DNA of 64,000 bases, from NCBI RefSeq assembly GCF_052425735.1, contig NC_135771.1, forward strand, positions 24,428,001 to 24,492,000. The letters are read 5' to 3'. Both the position numbers and the translations under genes were made by a program. How positions within the stretch are numbered: the stretch's first letter is position 1; each line of letters begins with the position of its first letter. This stretch comes from Oculina patagonica. Its lineage: Eukaryota. A model generated the notes under the pieces. That model saw nothing but the letters and a program-made list of their open reading frames with translations, had not been told where the DNA came from and made no database searches. Below, piece by piece: positions 13,001 through 24,656 of the stretch.

Positions 13001-16000
13001 CCTGGCCAGCTGGAACAATGATTGGTTTGTTATGATCCACTGATACCACTTTACTACAAAGTTAAATAACACGATTAGAATTGTAAGTAGAGCGGCTTTC
13101 ACTTGAGTGTCGAAAGTTTTAAATTGCGTTTGCTTTGGTTTTGCATTACTACGATCGGTGATTTGGTTTTCCCGCGCTTCGTATCAGCTACATGTATTTG
13201 CTTCGAGTTTTGATTGGCTCACTGGATTGTCTGTGTCCTTTGTGATTGGCCAGAGTAATAACTTTGGTTTTGGTTTTACGACACTCAATTGAAAACTGCT
13301 CTACTACAGTCAGCTCTCTCTAAAACGGACACCGTCGGGACCGGCTCCAACTGTCCGTCATAAAGAGGTGTCCGTCCTATAGGGAGTTTTTAGTTACAGT
13401 AAAATGACTGAAAAACAGCAGGGACGGGATCAACACCAGGTGTCCGTCTTGCAGAGGTATCCGTTAGGGAGAGAGTTGACTGTATATCAAACACGAGAGA
13501 AAGTGTTTCATCGGGATATCCAAAAACCGAGAAGAGAGCGGAAAATACGACGCAGAGCGGAGTAATTTTGACGAACTTCGAGGTGTTTGGATAGCCGATG
13601 AAACACTGTTTCGAGTGTTTGTTATATCTTTTCAATCGAAACAAAACACGGAGTAAACGAAGAAATAAAATCGTAAAAATCTATGCTTATTAAGACCGGA
13701 TATTCGAGGGTATCCAAACCTTCTTCGCGGTTATGATTTTCTTTGCTTAATTTGACGAATTCTTGAAAAGAACACTTCTACCGGGATCAACACTTTCAAT
13801 CGTAAAAAATGTTTTGGCTGATCTTACACGTTAAAAAAACGACTGTATTATTACGATAGCGGTAAATGAAAAGTATAGTTTCTTCTACTCAACCTGGGAA
13901 TCAGCAGAAAAGAACCTACCTGATCGGAGTGTGGAACAACAGGGACCCCACCAGACCCCGGGTGCGGTTCGTCAGGCCCTCAGCTTTTGTGCTAAAAAAC
14001 TGACAAAGGAAAAAGAGTTTAATAAGAAAAGGCTTAGAATGAATTTATGTTCGTGAAATTCTAGAAACTAAGGGTCAAGGTCACTTTTAATTGAAATAGG
14101 AATAACGTAGAGACTGACTGACTGACTGACTGACTGACTGACTGACTGCATGACTGACTGACTGACTGACTGCATGACTGACTGATTGACTGACTGACTG
14201 ACTGACTGACTGACTGACTGACTTTTTTTTTTGACTGACTGGCTGACTGACTGACTGACTGACTGACTGGCTGACTCACTGACTGACTGACTGACTCACT
14301 GACTGACTGACTGACTGACTGACTGACTGACTCGACTGACTGACTCACTGACTCACTGACTGACTCACTGACTCACTGACTCACTGACTGACTGACTGAC
14401 TCACTGACTGACTGACTGACTGACTGACTGACTGACTGACTGACTGACTGACTGACTTAGTCATACAAGTTTTATTCCCGTTTAACTTAGCAATATTCTG
14501 TCTCCCCGTTTACATATTTAACGCCAGCCAAATTAATTGTATTACCTACCGGTTTACAGTCTCTCCAACCGATATTAGAATAAGTAGTTACCTTTTTGTA
14601 GAAAATTAGCGCGAATTTCAAAAATTCGCGTTAATTTAAGTCGCGTTAATTTTTGTTAACGTTATTTCCGCGCCCTTGATATAGTGGAGCATTACTTTCC
14701 ATGACCTTAATTCCATTATTTTAGCCCCAATTTCTCAATACAGTACAGACGTTCTTGACTCCTATGAAAAAGTATATTCGCTCGAAATGGTCAGATTCCT
14801 TCGCTTAACCCCTACGTTTGGGGAAAGTGCCAGGAACATTGTTTCCGTTTAAGAGTATACACCTTTACCGGGAAGTATTTTTTCCTTCAATTTGCGTTTT
14901 AACTTCACGGGGATTCGGCAGATTTTTGGTCTAAACTGTTTTAAAATTAGTGGTAGGCAACTTATCCCAATAAAGGAAGATATAACCTTAATTTGCGGAT
15001 AGAAATCAAGCTACGGCTATAAATATCGATTTAACTTGAAAACGTAAGCCAACTTTTTCAATTTGCAATCTATTTCCACCCGAGCCGTCCGCAGCCAAAG
15101 ATGCTCGTAAACAGTTTCAGTGCTCTAATATAGCGATTTTTAATAATAAAAAAGAACTGTTATTTTTGTTTCCTGCGACACAAATTAAAATTTTGGCTGT
15201 TCAAAAATCTGGTAAAATCTTTGACATAGTCCCTTTAATTAACACGAGCGTTAATTTTTTCTATAATAGGTTACTAGCATGCAAACTATAATGAACTGGC
15301 AATGGTCAGGTGTGAAAGTCCTATTGCTGTTGAAAACGTCTTTTCCAAACCTTTCAACCAATCAGCATGCCGAGAACTGCACGTGCAATTAATTGGCGTA
15401 TGCTTACTTTAACTTATAACTAGACAGGCTCACTGACTGACTCACTTGATTTTGATTGGTCAAATAAACTGAAAACCAACATAAACTAATCCACGACTTA
15501 ATAACGTGCCAAAGATAAGATATGTATTGTTTGACGACACTTTAAAACTAATTGTTTTTAATTTTATTCAGTCTCTGGGGACGATGTATTCCTTAGTTAC
15601 TTCAAGTGTTTACAAAACATGACTACTAATTTAAACCAAAGTGACACGAAATTAATTGAAAGCGAGCACTTTATTAGTTTTCAGTTAGACAATGTTCCGG
15701 CAGACATTGTATAACATAAGTTGAAAACATTAAGAAAAACTGTGTAGGGTCTTGTTTTGCTTGTTTTTTTCTGCGTTTTGCTTTTCCTGAGGAAGGCAAT
15801 AATGCCGAAACGTCGGTAAACCTGTACGGTATAAAATAGCGTCCTTTCATGATATTTTACGAATCTTATCTTCTAATTACGATGCCAAATGACTCTTTGC
15901 CGCAAAAAAGGAAAATGTACGAACGGAAAGATAAAATATGTAAAAATAAGGAAAAATATTAAGAAGTAAAAAGGGGAAAAAAAAAAAAAAAAAAAAGAAA

Positions 16001-19000
16001 AAGCATGGAGCATTTGCACTTTTTAATTTATGTAGTTAACACTCCCTGCCAAGGACATTTATTTTGCATACAATCCCATTACCCACTGACGACGGAGGAG
16101 GGAATTCATTTCTTCTAAGAATTTTTACTTCGGCATCGTAATTAGTATTTGACCGTCATGAGTTTTTATTTCCCCGACTTTTTTCTCACATGTTATAGAA
16201 ATATCGATTTTGGGACGAAGTACATACGAGGAGACGAGAGCGATGAAGCTAAAATCGGCGTCACCTCAACGATTTAACTTAATACACTCTCTCTTTTTTA
16301 TATAAGATCCTTTTTATAAAAACGTCGAGACTGGACAAGGCAGAAATTTAAGAACATCCTAAGAACGTGTCCAAGGCTGAAATTCGGTTAAGAACGAATT
16401 TTATTCATTTCTAGTTGATGCGAGTGACAAAGATATGTACTAAACAAAGAAAATCTTTATTTAGACCCAAACCTGAAACCAATTGGTGACGTGAACGTGT
16501 ACGTATCGGCTAGGAATGAATTTACTACAAGACCACTTTGTTTTTAAAAATAAGAACATTTTAGGCTTAAATCTTTGAAAAAGTTAAGAACGTTCAGCCT
16601 CGGCCGAAAATTTGACGTTCTTATATAAAAAAGAGTGCAGTCTAAATAGTCTCAGACAAGTTAGGGTTTCGACATGTGACTATAAACCCTTGAAAAAGAA
16701 GAAAGAAAAAAATAAGTAGTATAATACCAACCTGTAGATGAGCTCCATTTTTGTGTGCTACAAATCGCAACGCTCTGCTTATCATTTTCCTTTTCTCGGG
16801 ATCAAAATCCTGAAAAATATATCGTTAACATACATATTAATGACTTTTTGTGACGGTATTTTTCGCGCTTGGTGGAAAACCTCCCCCCCCCCCAGGAGAC
16901 CGATTCCCCCCCCCCCACCTGAGGGGAGTGAAGGGGATGGAGAACAAGGGACCGTCCTATTTCTTGAATAAGAAAAGCAACCCAAGTATAGCTTTTGGCA
17001 AATGTTTGTTTGAAGTTATCAAGTCGTCCACAAGTGATGGTACATCAGATGTCCCTTGATTAGTGCTGTTTTCAATTCTTGTTCCAGCTTCCAGACTAAC
17101 AACAATCCACATTCTCGGATGTTTCCAGGGCTTTTCCAATTACAAAAATTAAAACATACATTTATTATAGGAAATGAATGCTCCATGAAAAAAACGCGAA
17201 TTTTCAAAATTCGCGTTTGTGAGCGTTAATTTCCGCGACATTATTTAAGTGGAGCGTCAATTTAGGAACAAACCAGAAAACAACAAACCTCGTTTCAGTG
17301 CAGTAATTTTCAGTCCTTTATAGTATAAACGCCTTAAAGATATGTCATCTGCAATATTTCTAGTTTATTCTTGCTTTCGGAAGAGTGGTACAATAGCCCA
17401 AATATCTTTTCAAAGACATCGAAAATCGCGTGAATTTTCTTCATTTTGAAAATTTGCCCGTCCCTTTGCACTAATTTCCTTTATCCAGTTGAAAGAAATT
17501 TTCCCTCCAAGTCACGTTAATTTAAATTTTAAAGACCTTGATTTAAGGCCGGAGCGTTAATTTCCTTTAATAAGGTAACTAAAGGAGTTTATTGACTGGT
17601 TACTTACCTGATAAATGTCATATTTACCACCAATAATGGCAAGAGGTATAGGAAAGGGATCGATGGAAGACTTGTCCTGCAAAACAAAGCATCAAACAAA
17701 ATTAATGCTCCATGGCGGGAATTTGGCGATAAAACAAATTTCTTTACGGTTACTAGTAAAGCATTATCATGTCTACCAAGTAAGTTCTAATTATTATACA
17801 ACACCAGAAAAGGATTCTGACATACAGGATGTTCTTCTCCAAATTTCTTCCAAGCTTGCTTCTTCAGCTGCTGTACAGAACTGGAATAAAAACATAAAAC
17901 AAAACTGTTACATATTACAGTATACAAAAGCAAAATGTTGAAACATTTCACAATGGCATTGAACACCTTACCCTGGTTCTTTATTCTCCAAACCCTCCAG
18001 TGCTTTGTTGACTTTAGATTTGACCTAAAAAGATACAAGAGTAGATCCTGTAATTCAAGAAATGCTGTCTGGTGTGTCCCAACATTGGATGTGTCCCAAT
18101 CAATAGATGTATTTTTACTGCGAAGTGTTATAAGTTGAAAATGAGCATTTTTTATTAAATAATAAACATGTGAAGAAAATATCCACACCCACCCAATGAA
18201 AGGTCAATGGATGGAGGGGATGGGGCATCTCAAAAGCCAAAATTTTTAAGTATTAATGTACAGGGATTTTCTGATGGGCTGGGAGGCTCAAAGAAACCTT
18301 TCTGTAGGTGGAAACTGATATTTTCTGAAACAACACTTTTTGACAATAAAACCACTTCATCGCTTTCCAGTGACATTTGTACCTGAGAAAGAAGTGTTTC
18401 CATAGTGTACCACAGTTCATTTGGAAGAGACAAGTCCAGTACAATCACAATAGCCATGCTCCTGTACAAGCAACAAAGCAAGGATTCAATTATAGTGATC
18501 AGTTCAAATGTTCTTTTTACTGTATATCATAACTTATTCAAGGGCACAAGAGATGAGAAGTCAAGCCTGATCAGCAAGAGGTTTGGTCAAGACATGCAAT
18601 CAACCCTCCAAGTTAAGACCATTTTAGTCGCCATGGCGACTAAAATTTTGGACCTGGCGACTAAATTGGAACTGAAGTCGCCAGCCTGGCGACCAAAATT
18701 GAGAAGAAGGATTGAAAGAGTGAGCCTGATTTAGTGACTAAAATGTTTCACTGGTGACCAAACTTGAGCAGTCGGTGGCCAAATGGCCACTTAGGAAAAA
18801 AATAAACTTGGAGGGTTAGCAATGCCTTATTAGGTCATTTTCATCATCACTGATAATATCTCTTTGTATGACAAATTATTTTTAAGTCATACTCCTTGGT
18901 GTTTTAATAGGGCTGATCTGTATGCATTAGGCACCGGCGTTACTTAATTTTATAAATATCTTGACACACCCTAACAGATGTACTGTAATATCATGCTACT

Positions 19001-22000
19001 GGTCGTTGCCATTTCAAATGTTACTACACTCAAGAGGACCATTAAGGTCGAAAGGCATAAAATTATGTAGTTTATTAAAATCGTAGCTGTATGGTGATAC
19101 ACAATATTATTGATACGGTATATTTTTTTGTTATTTTTAGTATGTTTGAATGCCAAGAGATCAGTGAGCAGAGGTCATATGCTTTTGGAGTGAGTCAATT
19201 GGATTCTTTCCACCTGGTTGACCAGTCAAATTTGGATTTCATTTAGAACGAGAATCACTCTGAAACACAAAACCTTTTTAAAGTGGGTTGCTAATAACAA
19301 TGATAATAACAGTTTTATTACCAGGCTTGCAAACTGCAACACAGTAGCTAAGACATGTTAGTCTGTTGGTTGTCTTAGATTAAGTTCAGAGATTTCAATA
19401 AAATTTGAAGTAAGCAGCTGATCTGAGTTGAGTAACTGGATCATTAGTGACTGCCTGTTTGAAGGAATCTTCCTTTAAATGCTTCAATTAAAGGGAAAAA
19501 AGAAGCTGAATTCTCTGAGTGAAGTAGAGCGAAGTTACTGACGCTTCTGATCAGTTGTTGGTGCTTATTGAAAGCACTTTAGGCAGTTTGGGTTCAAACC
19601 CTGGCCAGAGCACTGCATTGTGTCCGTGGGCAAGACACTTTACTCTCACAGTGCCTCTCTCCACCTCAGGAGTAATAAATGTGTAACAGGGAATTTACTG
19701 CTGGGGGAAACTCTGTGATGGACTAGCATCCCATCCAGGGGGAGAAGCAATACTCCTAGTCACTTCATGCTACTTAACAGGATAAGCTCCGGCCTGATCA
19801 TCCACCAGGCTCATATGCAGGCCCCCCTGGGGGGCTGCATATGAGGGGGGGGGGGTTCCCAAAAAAGTTTTGTATGGGGAGGCTCCGCCCCGAGGTCTTA
19901 CCCCTTACCCTTTTATATACCGTTTTGACAGCAATTGTACCCCTTTTGTATACTTTTTAATGAAAAAAGGTACCCCTTTCATATACCTGAAAGACATGGT
20001 AAAGACTTGAAACATGACATTTTCTTGCCAGTTTCATGTAGCGCTTAATAAATTGAAATAATTCAGCCACAAATTGCATCCGTTCGAAATATTTCAATTA
20101 AAGGCTCTTTGAAAAACCTAAATGACTGATTTCCATACCCTTTCGTATACCTAAACTTGTGAAATCCCTACCCTTTTATATACCTGAAGCCTGAAAAGGT
20201 ACCCCTTTCGGGCGGAGCCTCCCCGTATAGGCCATTATAGGGAGTACCCCCCCCCCCCGGGATGCAGACTTTACCTTTACCAATCATTACGCACTAACCT
20301 GATAGTGACAGAAGTAAGAGGAATTTCAATTAACTTGGAAAGAAATGTTCCACCTCCAAGTTCCCATATGTGACCTATATCTTTGCCCTATGAAAAAAAA
20401 AAAAAAAAAAAACACAGAAATTCAGAGTTCAGATTAAATTACCTGGTGAAAAAGAATTAATCAGCCAAAGTGCAGCTGGTATTAAAATTATTGACAGTGA
20501 TTTAGTTCTTTTAAGTAAAAACTTCTCCTATTTTTTTAAGCAGGTGAGTGATGCAACCAAAAAATTAACCCATAATCAAAACCCAAAATTAACTGCAAAT
20601 GAAATAAATTAATTGCACGGTATGGGATAAAACAAACATTTTCTGCAAATTATCAGAATTATGCTAATCGTAGCACTAACCTGCTCAAGTTTGCAAATCT
20701 AGTACAAACACTAACACCAATCTAGGGGTGGTGAATGGTCCTTCAAAAAAATGTGTGTGATCATTTCAGGGGTCTCGTCTTCTCAAATTTTTCTTTGCTT
20801 CCTTCTCAAAGTCTCAATTTCTTTTTCAAGGCTAAAATGGTCTTGGGCTCGCAGAAAAGATATCAGTCTCGCCGTCTCGCAGAGTCTCACATTTACCATT
20901 CGACACCCTTCAATCTGTACATGAATATTATTATAAAGTGACTTACAATATTATGACCACTTTTAGCTCTTCGTCCAAATGTGTAATCCAGAGCTGTAGT
21001 TGGTTTGGGAGCTTCATCTCTACAACAGAAAACAATAACTATTATTGTAAAATTCATTAAATATTCATGCGGTTGCGAACCAATCCCAGTACCATATTCA
21101 GATCACATGTACAAAACTGTAAACCCCAATACAATTCAAACAAAAGAATTAACTTTTGACACAAACTCCTGCTCAGCTAATTAGTATTCATTAACTTTTG
21201 ATACAGATCTGTACTGATTCGCATTCAATTTATTGTTTTCATTTCACAAGTAGAATAAAAATTTAATATTCGCGTCCGATCTGTATGGCCGTTTATAATG
21301 GCTCGCCTATCGGCTCGCCATTGTAAACGCCCATACAGATCTCCTGCTCATATTTTATCTACTACTTATTATTATATTACAAAATTCTTACTTTCTCATT
21401 TCAGCCTTTAACATTATCACTACAACTTGTTTACAAAGTTGCCGAGCGTCTTATAGATATGTGTACCAGGAAGAGTTCTACTTACCGATCAAGAAATCTT
21501 AAAATCATGGAGGTTTTCCCCTGAAAGAATGATTGACAAATAAAATTATTATTATATTTAAAATAATGAACTAGTGTAGCCCAAGGATATGAAATTGTTG
21601 TATAGTTACTTTCAACTAGAAAATGAATGAAGACTAGCAACAATCAAAGAGACTCCATCCTGAGAGAAACAAATAAATGTGCATCTTTCCTATCTTACAG
21701 GAGGAGGCAACAAGGCTGAGTGGTTTAGGGCGCTAGTGTTGTAATCCGGAGGTCTCCAGTTCAAGACCTGCCCCTGCCACTAGCTGGATTTGTTCTTGGT
21801 AGTCCCGAGTTCAAATCCTCAATCATGCTTTGTATATAGCCAACTGGTCTGCCTCCTGTCAGTTGGGATTTTTAATCATGTTATGTTCCTTTCAATATAT
21901 TTTGTTTCCTGTTTCAGTGGCATGCCTGTAAACTAGCTATCTTGAAGCAAAGTGCATGACCACAATACTGACAACTTTTTTAACATGATGAACAATAACC

Positions 22001-24463
22001 ATGACACTTACAGAGTTTTTGCTACCAAGAATAAAGATGCTGGATTCATCACTACTTGATAATGAGAAATCTTCTTGTTGGTCTAAACCAAAATAAATAA
22101 ATCTTTTAGTTAATAATTAACACTTTAGTTTTCAATATCCAATATGTATGATGACTTGGTCATAAAGTGACCTTTATGGAAATAAAATTCCAAAATTAAT
22201 TAATAAAAATATACCTTTATTTGAATGGTTTTCTACTTTGTCTCGTTCTTCAACTGCCAAATCCCAGATAGTTTTTTCTGACCTGTTTAAATAATATATT
22301 GTAAAAATTCAAGACACAGAAAATTTAAAAAATCTCATTTCTCCAAGAAACAATTTCCTGCATTTTCTAGGAAATTAGGTGCAAAATCTTTAAGATTTGT
22401 AAACCCAGGGATGGGATTCTACCTTTTGCTGAAAAACTAGCCATGGTATATTACTGAGTATTGGTTGGTTTACGGGACATGGTATCTGAGCTCAAGACAT
22501 ATATCATGGACCACAAATATGGTAGGTGTTTAAGTCAGTGAGAACAGCTGGGGAGCTGAAATTTTGCAATTCCTTGGGTGTTTTTACTAAATCGATATTA
22601 TTACATTCCTTTTGCGCTTCTTGGATATGAGAAAGTTATAGCCACCTCGCCATTACAAGCAAAAATAATCTTCTTCAGCCTGGTCTGAGAAATGTGGTAT
22701 ACAATTAAAGTCTTTAGTCTGAGGTGGGGTTATATAAAAAAATGAGCTCTTTATTTGGATTGAGGTATTGTAGGGGCTCCTAGACCCAGTGCAGCACCCC
22801 CGTCCAAACATTTCATAGTACCCCTCAACACCTCCTCTTCCCCAGAAGGTTTAGAATGAGAGAGTTGTGAATTCCTGGACACACAATGGAGGCTGTGGCT
22901 TTCTCACCCCTCCTCCCTCCTAAATTAACCCCTGCAGCTTGTATGTCATCCACTAGCTACTGGTCTTGGGGTATCCAGATAGAGACCACACCTGACCTCT
23001 CAAATTTAGAACTTGACGTATGGTAATGTTTACTGACTACCTTCAATTATCTTAGCATATATCTCCAGAAACAAGGACTTCAGGAGGCTTACTAGCCTGT
23101 GAATACACTACAGCCGCCTCTCTTTGCTCCCGGCCCTCGCGAAACACCAATGTGGCCTGGAGGAAAGAGAGGCAGCTGTAATCGCAGGCTAGAGGTTCAC
23201 ATCAATTGGTTCATAAACATCATGGAGGGGGACATGGGGAGTTGCGGTGTCACTAATTTTTTTATGTGGTGTTACGGTGAATAAAATCCCATCTTGTGGT
23301 GTTACGGTGATCTCAAATCCAGCAGTGTGCGATGTTTGTGTTTTAAAACCTACGGTGTTTGGTGAAACGAAATTATTAGCGGTGTTTTCTAACACTTGCA
23401 GAACTAAATTTAGCTCTGTTATGTTTGTTAATCCATTCTTATTTGTTAAAAGCACATACCATTGTCTAGTTTATCTTTAACCCAATCCCAAGACGTTTTC
23501 ATTGATAAGTTACTTAATTATATTGCAGTGACGGTGTTTCATCAAATTTTCTTGCGGTGATGAGGTACCGTAAAATTCCGGTTATAATCCCTGCCGTTTA
23601 TAAGCCCCCCCCACCCCCCGATTATAGGCCCATCTATCTGAAAACAAAAAATACATCCCATTATAAGCCCTCCCGGATATAAGCCCCCTCTGCCAGATGA
23701 CAATACTGAACAGGGCTAAATGTTGCTTTATTATGTGTTTTTAACTTAAAAACATTTTTCGATCAACACTCTCGTGGCTCGTTTCGAAACATTTTTTTAT
23801 TCCGCTTATAAGCCCTCCCGGATATAAGCCCCTCTGTTTATAAGCCCACCCAAAACCCCTTCCGAAGTTGTATAAGCTCAGGGCTTATAACAGGAATTTT
23901 ACGGTATTTATGTATTATTTTTGCGGTGTTGCGGTGTTCAGGGTCCCCCATGTCCCCCTCATTATGTCCACCAGCCTGCATTCCATGCAGGTTATGCCTA
24001 AGATCCTCTTTGCGGATCTTTGCCTTTTTCACCATAATCCTTTATTAACTTGGCATAGCATGTCAATGGACTGTGATTGGTGGATTTCAATCTGCATTGT
24101 GTTTCTTTCTTTCTAGGGTCCTTTGGTTGTCGTCATAATTACGATTGAAAGCAGCATAAAATACAGACAATTCTGCTTTCCTGTGTGTTTGCCAAATTAT
24201 TTTCAGAAATGAGAAGTTTAAAATGAGAAAATTTTTATCCCGTTAGCTAAAAGGCTCATTTTTGATTACTTCGTCAACAAATAAAGAATGATAAAACTTG
24301 AATAGAAGATTTGAATTAAGGATTATTTGCTAGTTTAGCCAGCTTCTGCAGATCGTTTCCAAAGCAACCAAGACGCCATTAGCAAGCTTACATTTTGTGT
24401 GAAAAAGCTAGAAGTTACATGAGAATCGCGGAAACAGTTTATATCTTACCTTTTCTCGCTCAT
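10010..24463 (-). CDS. DYNC2LI1: Cytoplasmic dynein-2 light intermediate chain 1, 17 exons, ~369 aa
   Basis: Phase-consistent exons: 24463-24450, 22282-22215, 22082-22012, 21520-21486, 21019-20947, 20387-20299, 18461-18383, 18024-17972, 17880-17826, 17676-17608, 16809-16732, 13999-13920, 13053-12983, 12308-12263, 11296-11245, 11092-11000, 10093-10010. Motifs: TIWDLA, GSKNSGKT (P-loop-like), [87 protein letters not shown]. Confidence 0.95.
10174..10358 (-). mobile_element. Palindromic Penelope/retrozyme-like remnant with a degenerate hammerhead core and a 12-bp flanking direct repeat
   Basis: Inverted arms span 10171-10334. The minus-strand centre reads CTTGACGTT-GTATG-TAGCTTAG-CATAC-GAAACGTC-AAG. 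CTTGTAAGCCTT occurs at both 10162-10173 and 10359-10370. Confidence 0.55.
11559..11731. mobile_element. Palindromic MITE
   Basis: Long inverted arms TAGCCAGCGTAGCTTGGCGTTC...GAACGCCAAGCTACGCTGGCTA with internal (CG)n tracts. Confidence 0.75.
12457..12695 (+). mobile_element. SINE fragment with CORE-like central domain
   Basis: TGTGTTCTTGGGCAAAACACTT...CTCTCCACCCAGGTGTATAAATG...GACTAGCATTCC...GGATAAGCTCCGGC. Related copies at 19585-19820 and ~3803-3900. Confidence 0.7.
13088..13303. mobile_element. MITE family with TAGAGCGG..TTTC / GAAAACTGCTCTA ends
   Basis: Terminal inverted repeats. Related copies at ~44436-44690 and ~59315-59521 share the GATTGG/CCAATC-rich interior. Confidence 0.7.
13305..13483. 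mobile_element. Tc1/mariner-type MITE
   Basis: TA-CAGTCAGCTCTCTC...GAGAGAGTTGACTG-TA ends. Confidence 0.65.
14112..14456. repeat. (GACT)n microsatellite
   Basis: About 345 bp of GACT units with CACT/GGCT variants. It explains the spurious SQSV-repeat ORF. Confidence 0.98.
14588..15273. mobile_element. Non-autonomous DNA transposon family with AAATTAACGCG sub-repeats
   Basis: 14590-14860 is the reverse complement of ~41090-41350. Another relative lies at ~17160-17577. Ends resemble TACCTTATTATAGGAAATT. Confidence 0.65.
15782..15820 (+). ncRNA. Minimal type I hammerhead ribozyme motif (Penelope/retrozyme type)
   Basis: TTTTC-CTGAGGA-AGGC-AATAAT-GCC-GAAA-CGTC-GGTAAA: CUGANGA and GAAA boxes, stem II GGC/GCC, minimal stem III, GUC cleavage triplet and a short imperfect stem I. 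Confidence 0.65.
18601..18818. mobile_element. MITE with CAACCCTCCAAGTT TIRs (copy 1)
   Basis: Inverted ends. A highly similar second copy lies at 29458-29654. Confidence 0.8.
19585..20280 (+). mobile_element. CORE-like SINE interrupted by a TIR element (19821-20261)
   Basis: The SINE body ends at ..CATATGCAG and resumes as ATGCAGACTTTACCTTTAC at 20262. The insert has inverted TATGGGGAGGCTCCGCCC / GGGCGGAGCCTCCCCGTA and is flanked by an ATGCAG duplication. Confidence 0.7.
21708..21930 (+). mobile_element. tRNA-derived SINE
   Basis: A-box-like GGCTGAGTGGTTTAGG and B-box-like GTTCAAGACC, followed by a non-tRNA body. Confidence 0.65.
23225..23960. mobile_element. Nested MITEs: outer GAGGGGGACATGGGG-TIR element, inner TA-flanked mariner-type element at 23568-23904
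   Basis: Outer TIRs GAGGGGGACATGGGG / CCCCATGTCCCCCTC. Inner TA-CCGTAAAATTCC...GGAATTTTACGG-TA with ATAAGCCC repeats. A partial copy of the inner element lies at ~47680-47870. Confidence 0.75.
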
Positions 24464-24656
24464 TTTTGCGTTACTTTGTTCAGCTTGGGCAAAATCAAAT
24501 CACATTACGATATTTTTAGTTGAAATACTCCTTCTCTCCTTGCTTTTCCAATGTTTTCACATAACTTTTGAGCCCGCGGATATTTCTTGCCAGCGGATTT
24601 GTATATCGTTACCAGTTTTTTCCGCGTGACATTGGAACGCCTGACGGAAATCAGTC
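24464..24656. promoter_or_regulatory. Bidirectional promoter region DYNC2LI1/RWDD3
   Basis: Divergent ATGs are separated by only 193 bp. X-box-like GTTTCCAAAGCAAC at 24355-24368 lies in DYNC2LI1 intron 1. Confidence 0.7.

Noticed and set aside
14061-14348. SQSV-repeat ORF
   Set aside because: Translation of the (GACT)n microsatellite.
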